A stretch of DNA of 64,000 nucleotides from a virus (lineage: Duplodnaviria; Heunggongvirae; Uroviricota; Caudoviricetes). The position numbers and the translations under genes are program-made. Numbering within the stretch: the stretch's first letter is position 1; every line of letters begins with the position of its first letter. Below are positions 50,255 to 58,922 of this stretch, in pieces. The stretch lies in the IMG/VR virus record IMGVR_UViG_3300023174_000034; one strand, 5' to 3'. The notes beneath the pieces are model-generated. The model did no database searches, had not been told where the DNA came from, and saw nothing but the letters and a program-made list of their open reading frames with translations.

Positions 50255-50605
50255 ATGGAAACGTTTGTTGTTCAGTCCGACAACAACGGTTTGTTTGTCC
50301 TGGTTGGAGACACACGTTGTTATCCAACCGCAGAAACTTCGTACAAGGCAGGTGAACAGGCCATTGTTGAAATAAGCGGCACCCAGGCAGTGATCAAGGA
50401 CAAGCCAACAGCAAACGCCTACAGTGAAACTTGGCATGCCGCATTGCCCAAACCCAAACCCAAACATGTGCATGTGGAAAAAGAATTTGTTTGGCTAGAC
50501 TTGATTGAAAAAGAGATCTATTTCATTCCATTCTCGGCCATGCTGATGTTATGGTCATTTGTGCTTGGATGGTTTTTAGGCTGGGCACTGATACAAATCC
50601 ACTAA
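50255..50605 (+). CDS. hypothetical protein with C-terminal TM
   Basis: Hydrophobic C-terminus. Confidence 0.55.
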   Translation: METFVVQSDNNGLFVLVGDTRCYPTAETSYKAGEQAIVEISGTQAVIKDKPTANAYSETWHAALPKPKPKHVHVEKEFVWLDLIEKEIYFIPFSAMLMLWSFVLGWFLGWALIQIH

Positions 50606-50638
50606 ATATTGCATGTTCAAAAAACTTCCACTGAGCTC

Positions 50639-51247
50639 ATGCGATTGATTGCTTTTGGCGACAGTCACACCTATGGCGAAGAATTGCCAGGTGGCGGTGG
50701 ACATGGATATGCTGGTAAGTTTGGGTATGATCGGCCAAGTCCTGCGGCTTGGCCACAGCTGGTGGCAAATCACTTGGATTGTGAGTGCATAAATGTTGCA
50801 CAGCCTGGATACAGCAATAAAGAAATACTTACAAGAGTACTGAAGTTCCAGTTCCAACCAATGGATCATGTGGTCATACTATGGACGCATGTGTCTCGTG
50901 ATGTTATTTTCGAGCATGATGGCAATGACATCAAGGTAAGTGCCAACAGGCTCAATGAAAATCCTAGAGTAAAATACTATTACATGGCACATGGCGATCA
51001 TGACATGCAAGTGTCTGCATGGTTGTACATGGATCATGCGGCATTGCATTTACAGTCACAAAACATTGAGTTTGGCATGGCAACATACGATACCTGGAAT
51101 GCAGGACGGCGTGTGGGAAAAAATCACATAAACATCAATAAAACTTTTCAAGACCTTGGCACTGATTTTGCACAAGATAAAATACATTTTGGAGTTCAAA
51201 GCCATGTTAGTTTATCCAAGCAAATGATCTCTGATCTAGGTTGGTAA
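50639..51247 (+). CDS. SGNH/GDSL hydrolase-fold protein
   Basis: AFGDSHTYG, NVAQPGYSN, DKIHF. Confidence 0.7.
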   Translation: MRLIAFGDSHTYGEELPGGGGHGYAGKFGYDRPSPAAWPQLVANHLDCECINVAQPGYSNKEILTRVLKFQFQPMDHVVILWTHVSRDVIFEHDGNDIKVSANRLNENPRVKYYYMAHGDHDMQVSAWLYMDHAALHLQSQNIEFGMATYDTWNAGRRVGKNHININKTFQDLGTDFAQDKIHFGVQSHVSLSKQMISDLGW

Positions 51248-51260
51248 CCGGAACTGGTTG

Positions 51261-52016
51261 ATGCGTAAATTTTTATTTGTAGCGTTCTTTTCTTTGTTCA
51301 TTTCAACTTGTTGTGCGTACTCAACATTTCTCACAGCCAAAAGCTGGCTGGTATCTGACATCACCGGCAAAATAATTGCCAGCGAAAATATTGACGATGT
51401 ACGTCCTATTGCATCCATTACCAAATTACTAACTGCAATGGTTGTGTTGGATGCACAACAAAACATGGATGAAGCTATCACACTAGTACCCGGTACTAAA
51501 AAGCGTCCTGGACTGGCATTTACACGCCGGCAATTGATGGAGATGAGCCTGGTTCACAGTGATAATCGTGCCAGCTTTGCACTTTGCGACCATTACCCTG
51601 GCGGACGTGACTCATGTATAACTGCAATGAACAAAAAAGCACATGGCCTGGGCATGACACAAACATCCATGAGCGATCCCACTGGACTTGATAATCGCAA
51701 TGTAAGCACTGCTAGAGAACTTGTTCTATTGGCCAGGGCCGCACGTACCTATGGCGCTATTGTGGATGCTGGCAAACAACAACGAGTAGAAATCAAACTA
51801 AAGAAGAAATGGTTGTTTTTTAACAATACCAACCCAATGATTGGCAAAGACCGTAGAATTGTGATCAGCAAAACAGGTTTTACCAATCCAGCTGGTGGGT
51901 GCATTGTTCTGTTGTTAGACACAGAACTAGGTGATAGGGTTGTTGTTGTGTTGGGTAGCAAAAATGCAAGAACACGTATACCAGAAGCAGAGTTTATTTC
52001 TAATATACAAGAATAG
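51261..52016 (+). CDS. peptidase S11 D-alanyl-D-alanine endo/carboxypeptidase (PbpG-like)
   Basis: Signal peptide; SxxK (ASITK), SxN (SDN), KTG. Confidence 0.9.
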   Translation: MRKFLFVAFFSLFISTCCAYSTFLTAKSWLVSDITGKIIASENIDDVRPIASITKLLTAMVVLDAQQNMDEAITLVPGTKKRPGLAFTRRQLMEMSLVHSDNRASFALCDHYPGGRDSCITAMNKKAHGLGMTQTSMSDPTGLDNRNVSTARELVLLARAARTYGAIVDAGKQQRVEIKLKKKWLFFNNTNPMIGKDRRIVISKTGFTNPAGGCIVLLLDTELGDRVVVVLGSKNARTRIPEAEFISNIQE

Positions 52017-52080
52017 TGGTCACTTTGTAGTTCACGGTAGCGAATCGCTCCCTACGCCCAGCACCCGGGCACCCTCGCAA

Positions 52081-52671
52081 CTAGTGCGGTCCTAAGGGTG
52101 TTCTGTTCAGTCGAGCTTGTATAATCTCAACTGTTTTGTTACTTATAACAACTTCATAGTGGTTCAATGGTAATTCAACCAATTCCATTTCTCTGCAATA
52201 GCGCATACTCTTGAGCGTGACCACACCATCGTTTTCTTCAACCATCCAGGGACTCTGTCCTCGAGTGGTCACAACATTGGTCCATGTGTCTCTAGGAAAC
52301 CTAAGTTCTTTGACTCGCGCCATGGGCTCGCAGTTGGGTCCGATATCTCGCATGAGTCTGCTGAAAGGTAAAAAATATCTAGCATAGTCTGCTTCTCTAC
52401 TGCCACCGTAGGGTGTGCTAAGGGTAACAGCGCCCAGTACTTTGTGTCGGAAATAATCTGCTAGGTGTAGTGCGTATATGCCGCCCAGGCTATGTGCCAC
52501 AAAGAATATTTTTTCTACATCGTCCAGACGTTCTTTCATGGCGCTTAGATTGTTTGCGAATCCATCGGCACTGTCGTAATCAATTGCCAAATCGGGTCGC
52601 TTGATGTGTTCTCGAATATGAACAAAACTTTCACTGGTAGCACTGGCACCATGGATGTAAACAACAGTCAT
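52081..52671 (-). CDS. alpha/beta hydrolase
   Basis: YIHGASA, AHSLGG nucleophile elbow, LSTPYGGS, NDGVV, NH. Confidence 0.85.
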   Translation of the reverse strand: MTVVYIHGASATSESFVHIREHIKRPDLAIDYDSADGFANNLSAMKERLDDVEKIFFVAHSLGGIYALHLADYFRHKVLGAVTLSTPYGGSREADYARYFLPFSRLMRDIGPNCEPMARVKELRFPRDTWTNVVTTRGQSPWMVEENDGVVTLKSMRYCREMELVELPLNHYEVVISNKTVEIIQARLNRTPLGPH

Positions 52672-52672
52672 T

Positions 52673-52819
52673 CTATATCCTTGTCAGGTATCCGAACACA
52701 AAGCCCATGATCAGCCCTGCCGCTAGTGCAGTGTACAAATCTCTATCGTGCCATAATGGCTGTGACTCTAGATATTGTTGCATCTGTGGACTTAATCCGT
52801 CCCACCACTTGTCTCTCAT
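52673..52819 (-). CDS. 48-aa membrane peptide (not in ORF track)
   Basis: MRDKWW...LAAGLIMGFVFGYL; AAGGAG RBS; minus-strand TATAAATA at 52854-52847. Confidence 0.65.
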   Translation of the reverse strand: MRDKWWDGLSPQMQQYLESQPLWHDRDLYTALAAGLIMGFVFGYLTRI

Positions 52820-52911
52820 TGACAACTCCTTATCGACTTTGTCAAGTATTTATAGACATCACTGATTCTGGGCAAGCCCAATAAATACCTTTAAGAATAG
52901 GATTTACCTAA

Positions 52912-53679
52912 ATGGATTTCATTGATTACTCGGCAATCGGGTTTGATGCTTTTTGCTACACTACCAGGCAAGAAGAAGTCACAAAGCGCAAAAAAGAAAT
53001 AATAGATGCAGTTTTCTACTACTATGCAACACAGCCCAGAAGCTTGTTATTTGTAGGATTTAACCCAGCTATCTTGACCTATGGGCCAAGCACCAATATT
53101 ACCGTGACACAGGTCGATGAGCAAACAGTTGCATACCTACGCGAACACATACCCAGCGTCAAATACATGGACTGGAATCACCTGGATGTGGGCGTGGACA
53201 AGTTTGATGCTATCGTTGCAATGGATGAGTTTTTGACCTTTGCAGAATCGGATGCTGGACAGGTGAGCATGATCAACAAATTATGTGGCCTGGCAGGTAG
53301 TGTAGTCATAACTACACTTAGAGACTACAAGAATCAAAGTTTCAAAGATCGCGAGTTCAGTACACCGAGCGTGGTCAAGGGTGAAGAATCGGATCGTTTG
53401 TTTTTGGAATACCATGATTATGACATCCAGGACCGTAATGCCTGGATACGTAACATATACCAAATTCAAGGTACTGACATGCAAGCCCACACTGGATTCC
53501 AATGTAGACAGATGTTTTTCAAACAATGCGCGAAGTTTAGTATTGACGCAGGTGCAAGTGATTTCTTGATACACAAGAACATCATGTACAAGAGCCTGAT
53601 CAAGAAAAATTACGAACATGTTATTTCAATGAGATTTGGCACAAATGGACGTAACACAACAAGTAGACAGTATAGTTGA
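52912..53679 (+). CDS. hypothetical protein, possible class I SAM methyltransferase fold
   Basis: LLFVGF..., FDAIVAM, VVITTLRDY; TAAATA at 52882. Confidence 0.4.
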   Translation: MDFIDYSAIGFDAFCYTTRQEEVTKRKKEIIDAVFYYYATQPRSLLFVGFNPAILTYGPSTNITVTQVDEQTVAYLREHIPSVKYMDWNHLDVGVDKFDAIVAMDEFLTFAESDAGQVSMINKLCGLAGSVVITTLRDYKNQSFKDREFSTPSVVKGEESDRLFLEYHDYDIQDRNAWIRNIYQIQGTDMQAHTGFQCRQMFFKQCAKFSIDAGASDFLIHKNIMYKSLIKKNYEHVISMRFGTNGRNTTSRQYS

Positions 53680-54907
53680 TGGCTTGGTACAGCAAATTGA
53701 AACACGGTTAAATGCCCGTGTTGATCAGATGGTGCAGGCCGCCCTGAACGAAAAGCTAGACACAATCGACTACGAAAAGAAACTGAACTGGCTGGCCAGC
53801 GCCAAGCTAGACAACCTTATCGCAGGCATGGAAATTGACCACACCCGTGTGCAAACTCGCCTGGACGAAGTTGCAGATCAAGTTGTCAACAGCTTTGAAG
53901 CTGAAACCAAGCGCCTGGCAACAGAACACGTAAAACACAAACTCTACAACGAAATAGACGTCAACCATGTGGTGCGTGAAATCGTCATAACAGAGATCAG
54001 TCAGAAACTTGCTACCTTTGCATTTCCACGTGGTAGTATTCCTGGCGTGGCCATCGATGCCCGTTCACTGGAACTATCCGGCGACAATGTCAAGGGCGGC
54101 ATTATCAAGAACTTTGCCAGCAACGGCATTGACGACAAAAGCACACAAGTACAAATGACCTTGCTGGATCAAGGTGTTGTGATCGAAAACAAAATCATTG
54201 CACTTGGACTAGAAGTCAAAGGACAAACCGTGATTGAAGGTGACCTGCACATCAAGGGCGATGTGCCCATGGACGGTCCTTTCTTCCAACGCATTATCAA
54301 CAACACTGTAGAAGCAACAAAGAAAAGCCTTGACACAGATCTGTTTGAGGGCTATGCCAACACTGTGTTTGAACGCATTCGTGAAAACGGCATTGACTTA
54401 AACAAGATCACTCTTGACGGCAATGAGATTGTGGCCGGCAACAAACTCAGTTACGGTATTACAGATACCAACATCACCCGCTTGGGCATGGTTCGTGACC
54501 TGCAGACCACAGGCGAGGCATTGTTTAGCCAAACCTTGTACGTGGGCGAGAAGCGTGTGGGCATCAACACCATTGAACCAGGCCATGCACTTTCTGTATG
54601 GGATCAAGAAGTCGAAGTTGGCTTCAGCAAGCGCGAACGTGATGTAGCATGGTTTGGTACACCACGTGAGCAAACATTAGTGCTCAGCGCCAACCGTAAC
54701 GATAATCTAACACTCAACCGCGATGGTAGTGTTACTGTACAAAAACTATTCATTGGCCCAGTAGAATTGGGCACAAGCAACAGCACTCCAAACGATGTGG
54801 CTCCAAAAGGAGCAGTACGTTTCAATAGTGATCCAAAATCAGGTGGACCTGCTGGTTGGGTCAGCCTGGGAGGCGGCGCTTGGAGCCGTTTTGGCACACT
54901 AGGTTGA
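53636..54907 (+). CDS. putative structural/fibre-associated protein
   Basis: N-terminal helical region, then beta repeats with RVGINT. Confidence 0.55.
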   Translation: MAQMDVTQQVDSIVDGLVQQIETRLNARVDQMVQAALNEKLDTIDYEKKLNWLASAKLDNLIAGMEIDHTRVQTRLDEVADQVVNSFEAETKRLATEHVKHKLYNEIDVNHVVREIVITEISQKLATFAFPRGSIPGVAIDARSLELSGDNVKGGIIKNFASNGIDDKSTQVQMTLLDQGVVIENKIIALGLEVKGQTVIEGDLHIKGDVPMDGPFFQRIINNTVEATKKSLDTDLFEGYANTVFERIRENGIDLNKITLDGNEIVAGNKLSYGITDTNITRLGMVRDLQTTGEALFSQTLYVGEKRVGINTIEPGHALSVWDQEVEVGFSKRERDVAWFGTPREQTLVLSANRNDNLTLNRDGSVTVQKLFIGPVELGTSNSTPNDVAPKGAVRFNSDPKSGGPAGWVSLGGGAWSRFGTLG

Positions 54908-54939
54908 CAACAATCTAGTATTTCGCGTATACTACAGGC

Positions 54940-55068
54940 ATGTTCGATTATCTTGTTACAGCTCTTATGTGTGTTGCAGGCTTAGTTATGCTCTGCGCCA
55001 TAATTATTGGCTTTGTCAAACTAATCGATCTTTTCTTAAACACTTTCAGCGATCGAGACCCATGGTAA
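54940..55068 (+). CDS. 42-aa membrane peptide (not in ORF track)
   Basis: MFDYLVTALMCVAGLVMLCAIIIGFV...; 6 nt after TTGACA-18-TATACT (54904-54933). Confidence 0.55.
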   Translation: MFDYLVTALMCVAGLVMLCAIIIGFVKLIDLFLNTFSDRDPW

Positions 55069-56099
55069 CTAAACGAATTGGCTTTGCATGTAAATGGCTC
55101 AATGATCCTAGCGAATGCGGAGGCATGAAGGTGAATGCAGTGGATCGTGAACTAAACGGACGCTCAACCACCATGCGCTGGCTCCGTGAGCACAAAGACG
55201 AAGCCGAACAACGCCAGTGGGACATCATGAACCACAATGCTGTGGCGGCTGTGAAAATGATTGAGCGTGTGGCCACACTGCCTGCAGAACGTAGAATGGT
55301 GCGTCTAGGTTCAGAAATGCTACAGGGCTATACCGAACCGTCGTGGATTGACTGGTGGCAACGACAAGAGATACAAGATCACTGTGCAAAAATCTTTGCA
55401 CCCATTGGCGAAACTGCCAGACGACTAGATGTACGTCTAAGTTTCCACCCAGGCCAGTTTTGCGTACTGGCCAGTGAGAGTGATGAGATTGTGGAACGCA
55501 GTATTTTAGAATTTGAATATCACGTTGATATGGCACGGTGGATGGGCTACGGTGCCACATGGCATGACCATGGATTCAAGATCAACGTGCATTTGTCTGG
55601 TAAAGGTGGTCCAGACAAGTTCCTTAAAACTCTAGGCAAACTCACGCCCGAAGCCAGGAATCTTATTACCATCGAGAATGATGAGATGACAAATGGATTG
55701 GACTGTACTCTTGCTGTTGGTGAACATGTGGCTCTTGTTCTTGACCTTCACCATCATTGGATCAACTCGAATGGCGATTACATCCTGGCAACGGATGATC
55801 GTGTTCGCAGGGTTATTGACAGCTGGCGTGGTACTCGTCCTGCTTTGCATTACAGCGTTAGTCGCGAAGATATTCTTGTGGATCATTGCACCCGAACTGC
55901 TCCCGATATTGTTGGACTCCTTGATGGAGGCTATAAAAAGCAAAAGCTCAGGGCACACAGTGACTTCTATTGGAATGATGCTGTGAATGAGTGGGCTGTG
56001 CAACACTTGACCTGGGGCGACATCATGTGCGAAGCCAAGGGCAAAAATCTAGCCAGTGAGCAAATATACACACTGGCTAAAGAGCTATCAATTATTTAG
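55062..56099 (+). CDS. uvsE: UV damage endonuclease UvsE/UvdE
   Basis: RIGFACK, VRLGS, RLSFHPGQF, NVHLSG, TIENDE, VLDLHHH, HSDF, CEAKGK. Confidence 0.9.
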   Translation: MVTKRIGFACKWLNDPSECGGMKVNAVDRELNGRSTTMRWLREHKDEAEQRQWDIMNHNAVAAVKMIERVATLPAERRMVRLGSEMLQGYTEPSWIDWWQRQEIQDHCAKIFAPIGETARRLDVRLSFHPGQFCVLASESDEIVERSILEFEYHVDMARWMGYGATWHDHGFKINVHLSGKGGPDKFLKTLGKLTPEARNLITIENDEMTNGLDCTLAVGEHVALVLDLHHHWINSNGDYILATDDRVRRVIDSWRGTRPALHYSVSREDILVDHCTRTAPDIVGLLDGGYKKQKLRAHSDFYWNDAVNEWAVQHLTWGDIMCEAKGKNLASEQIYTLAKELSII

Positions 56100-56106
56100 G
56101 AATCAA

Positions 56107-57207
56107 ATGAGTTATTTATTTACTAGTGAATCAGTGTCCGAAGGACATCCAGACAAAGTAGCAGACGCAATCAGTGACGCAATTCTTGATCTTGTTATGA
56201 GCAAGCAAGACCCTGCACTACGTTGTGCCTGCGAGACCCTGGTTACTACCAACCGTGTTATTGTGGCTGGAGAGTACAAAGGTATTCTACACTCAGAAGA
56301 AGTTGACGTTGCAGTACGCAAAGTTATCAAAGATATTGGGTATGAGCAAACAGGATTTGACTGGCGCACACTTGAAATCACCAACCTGCTACACGGTCAA
56401 AGCGCAGACATTGCACTGGGTACAGACACGTTTGGCGCTGGTGACCAAGGACTTATGTTTGGTTATGCTTGCAACGAAACATCTAATCACATGCCCAGTG
56501 CCATCTACTACAGTCACAAGATTGTGGAACACCTGACACAGGTACGTAAACAAGGCAAGTTACCTTGGCTTGGCCCAGATGCCAAGAGCCAAGTTACATT
56601 TGAATACAACGACGATGCCACACCCCGGCGTATTGCCAAAGTTGTGTGCTCAACACAACACAGTGATGATATGTCCATTGATGTGGTACGTGCCGCTGTA
56701 GAAGAAATTATCCGTCAAGTCTTACCAATGGAGTTTATAGATGATACCACTGAGTTTCATATTAACCCTACTGGCCGTTTTGTTATTGGTGGCCCTGATG
56801 GGGATACAGGGCTTACCGGCAGGAAAATTATTGTTGATACTTATGGCGGTTATAGCCCCCACGGTGGTGGCGCTTTTAGCGGTAAAGATCCTACTAAGGT
56901 AGATCGCTCTGCCGCATACATGATGCGCTACATTGCCAAGAACATTGTGGCAACGGGTCGCGCCAATTGGGCCACTTGCCAAATCAGTTATGCCATTGGA
57001 CTGGCACAACCCATGAGCTTCTACATTGAAGTTGCAGATGCAGAACTAGGTCGTGAACTTACTAAATGGGTGCAAGAAAACGTAGATCTCACACCAATGG
57101 GTATTATCAAACGTTTTGATCTGTTCCGTCCTATCTACAGTTCAACTACCAACTATGGACACTTTGGTAAAGCCGATTTACCATGGGAACGAATTGATTT
57201 GTTCTAA
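56107..57207 (+). CDS. metK: S-adenosylmethionine synthetase
   Basis: FTSESVSEGHPDK, GAGDQG, INPTGRFVIGGP.GD.GLTGRKII, GGGAFSGKD. Confidence 0.97.
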   Translation: MSYLFTSESVSEGHPDKVADAISDAILDLVMSKQDPALRCACETLVTTNRVIVAGEYKGILHSEEVDVAVRKVIKDIGYEQTGFDWRTLEITNLLHGQSADIALGTDTFGAGDQGLMFGYACNETSNHMPSAIYYSHKIVEHLTQVRKQGKLPWLGPDAKSQVTFEYNDDATPRRIAKVVCSTQHSDDMSIDVVRAAVEEIIRQVLPMEFIDDTTEFHINPTGRFVIGGPDGDTGLTGRKIIVDTYGGYSPHGGGAFSGKDPTKVDRSAAYMMRYIAKNIVATGRANWATCQISYAIGLAQPMSFYIEVADAELGRELTKWVQENVDLTPMGIIKRFDLFRPIYSSTTNYGHFGKADLPWERIDLF

Positions 57208-57212
57208 GCCAT

Positions 57213-57240
57213 AAAAAAAGCCCCAGAAGGGGCTTTTTTA
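57213..57240. terminator. bidirectional terminator
   Basis: A7-GCCCC-AGAA-GGGGC-T6 between convergent genes. Confidence 0.85.
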
Positions 57241-57251
57241 TTGTGTGCTAA

Positions 57252-57563
57252 TCATTTCTTAGCAACGACCTTGACTGCTTTTCTTGGAGCTGCCTTTTTA
57301 GGGGCGGCTTTTTTAGCGGCTGGTTGTTTGGCAGGTGCTACCGTTTTCTTCTTTACGGCTGCTGGGGCCTTTGGGGCACGAGCAGGTTTAGAAGCAGTTA
57401 CGGAAGTCACCTCCTTTGCGGGCTCAGCCACTGGTGTGGACTCCTGAGCAGGTGCTTCGACCTTGTATGCAACCGCAGTCTCTACGACCGTGGCGCTTGG
57501 TTGGAATGTTCTGTACAGAGCATAACCCAAACCAATGATAATAATACCAATGATAATTTCCAT
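57252..57563 (-). CDS. membrane-anchored protein with histone-H1-like Lys/Ala/Pro tail
   Basis: N-terminal TM; KKAAPKKAAPRKAVKVVAKK; AAGGAG RBS; minus-strand TAAATA at 57597-57592. Confidence 0.7.
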   Translation of the reverse strand: MEIIIGIIIIGLGYALYRTFQPSATVVETAVAYKVEAPAQESTPVAEPAKEVTSVTASKPARAPKAPAAVKKKTVAPAKQPAAKKAAPKKAAPRKAVKVVAKK

Positions 57564-57661
57564 GATGATCTCCTTCGAAGTATGGTAGAAATATTTAGTG
57601 GGTATATTTGGGCAGGTAAAATTAGTGTATGGACACTAAACATCAGTAGAAACCATAGTAA

Positions 57662-57678
57662 ATGTTGCTCTGCAACAT
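57662..57678. promoter_or_regulatory. palindromic operator candidate ATGTTGC-N3-GCAACAT (PhaR-box-like)
   Basis: Perfect 7-bp inverted repeat abutting TAAATA; second copy at 61795-61811. Confidence 0.5.
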
Positions 57679-57758
57679 AAATAAGTGTACAATAGAAACA
57701 TGATGCCTGTAGTAGGGTCATAAAGTAAATTGGAACATTCGTCTATAAGGAGAAAAAC

Positions 57759-58043
57759 ATGTTCACAGCAGATACATTCATCGACTCAATCCAAACAGCT
57801 AAAAAAGAAGCTGTTAAAACTTTGTTCGGCAAGAACGAAGCAGTTGCAAAAAGCCTAACTGAATTTGTGGATGCCCAAACAGCATACACCAAAGGTGCGG
57901 TCAAGGCAGGTACTGACGTTGCTACCAAGTTGGCCAGCGAAACAGTCAAGTACACACAAGAAGCCGCTAAATTTGATTACGCAAAGCAGTTCACTGATGT
58001 GTTTGGTTCTTTTACCAAAGCATTTGAAACTAGCAAAAAGTAA
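57759..58043 (+). CDS. phasin-like amphipathic helical protein
   Basis: 94 aa, Ala/Lys/Thr-rich and helical (FVDAQTAYTKGAVKA); strong RBS; own promoter and terminator. Confidence 0.5.
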   Translation: MFTADTFIDSIQTAKKEAVKTLFGKNEAVAKSLTEFVDAQTAYTKGAVKAGTDVATKLASETVKYTQEAAKFDYAKQFTDVFGSFTKAFETSKK

Positions 58044-58058
58044 ACAAAAGTACTATCT

Positions 58059-58085
58059 AAAACCCCCAAAGTTGGGGGTTTTTTT
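58059..58085 (+). terminator. Rho-independent terminator
   Basis: AAAACCCCCAA-AG-TTGGGGGTTTTTTT. Confidence 0.75.
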
Positions 58086-58146
58086 ACGGTTGACAACTAA
58101 TGAGACATGTTGTAAACTAGTGGCATTATTTCATAAAAGGACTCTT

Positions 58147-58326
58147 ATGTTTAAGTTCGGTTTCATACTCGGTCTCATCCTTGTTGTAATTGCAATTGGC
58201 CCAATCCTCACAATCTGGGCTTGGAACGTGCTATTCGGAGCAGGACACCCAATTCCTTATACTTTGGAAACCTGGGGTGCCACTGTTATCCTGGGCGGTT
58301 TGGTTACTGCACGAGTAAGCAAATAA
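58147..58326 (+). CDS. small membrane protein
   Basis: Two TM segments; promoter TTGACA-17-TAAACT at 58090-58118; start re-set. Confidence 0.65.
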   Translation: MFKFGFILGLILVVIAIGPILTIWAWNVLFGAGHPIPYTLETWGATVILGGLVTARVSK

Positions 58327-58365
58327 ACGGTTGACAAAAAAATCCATTTCCTGCATAATTACTAC

Positions 58366-58527
58366 ATGATGAAAAAGAACACGCCATTAAAGATCGAAAT
58401 GCCGCGCCAGCGCACTCGCGCTCACATGGTGCTGTTCTGCACTGATTCTCCGTTCAAGCCCAAAGTGGTGGAAAACAAGAAGGCTTATCGACGTCAGCAC
58501 AAGCACGTCAAAACTCAGTTAGACTAA
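58366..58527 (+). CDS. 53-aa basic ArfA-like protein (not in ORF track)
   Basis: VLFCTDSPFKPKVVENKKAYRRQHKH; 6 nt behind TTGACA-17-CATAAT (58331-58359). Confidence 0.5.
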   Translation: MMKKNTPLKIEMPRQRTRAHMVLFCTDSPFKPKVVENKKAYRRQHKHVKTQLD

Positions 58528-58536
58528 AGGGATACC

Positions 58537-58689
58537 ATGTCAACACTTGAGCAGGCCGCAAACACGGCAATCTTTCAGCGCCAAATGCCTTTCCACAGGG
58601 CAGTGCGTTTCGTGGTCCAGGAAACTGGTGTAGCGGTAGAAAAAGCCGAGCAAGCACTTCGCGGTGTAATGCTGTGGTACCGCGGGTAA
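58537..58689 (+). CDS. 50-aa hypothetical protein (not in ORF track)
   Basis: MSTLEQAANTAIFQRQMPF...; AAGGGA RBS. Confidence 0.55.
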   Translation: MSTLEQAANTAIFQRQMPFHRAVRFVVQETGVAVEKAEQALRGVMLWYRG

Positions 58690-58922
58690 TACTGGCCGTT
58701 GTTGTTCTACTTGCAGGCTGTGCAACCAGTCCGCAGGTGGACGACTTGTCAACCATGAAACCCGACTGCACCAATGCGGTGTTTCAGGTCAAGTCATTGG
58801 AACGAGAGTTGGCACATCGCGGGTACGATGCTAGTAATAGCGATTTCGAACGCAGGTATGTCAACAATGCAAAAAACATCATCTGGACGCTGAGGAGCAC
58901 ATGTTTACAAAGAATACAATAA
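58674..58922 (+). CDS. lipoprotein
   Basis: Lipobox LAGC; start uncertain. Confidence 0.6.
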   Translation: MVPRVILAVVVLLAGCATSPQVDDLSTMKPDCTNAVFQVKSLERELAHRGYDASNSDFERRYVNNAKNIIWTLRSTCLQRIQ

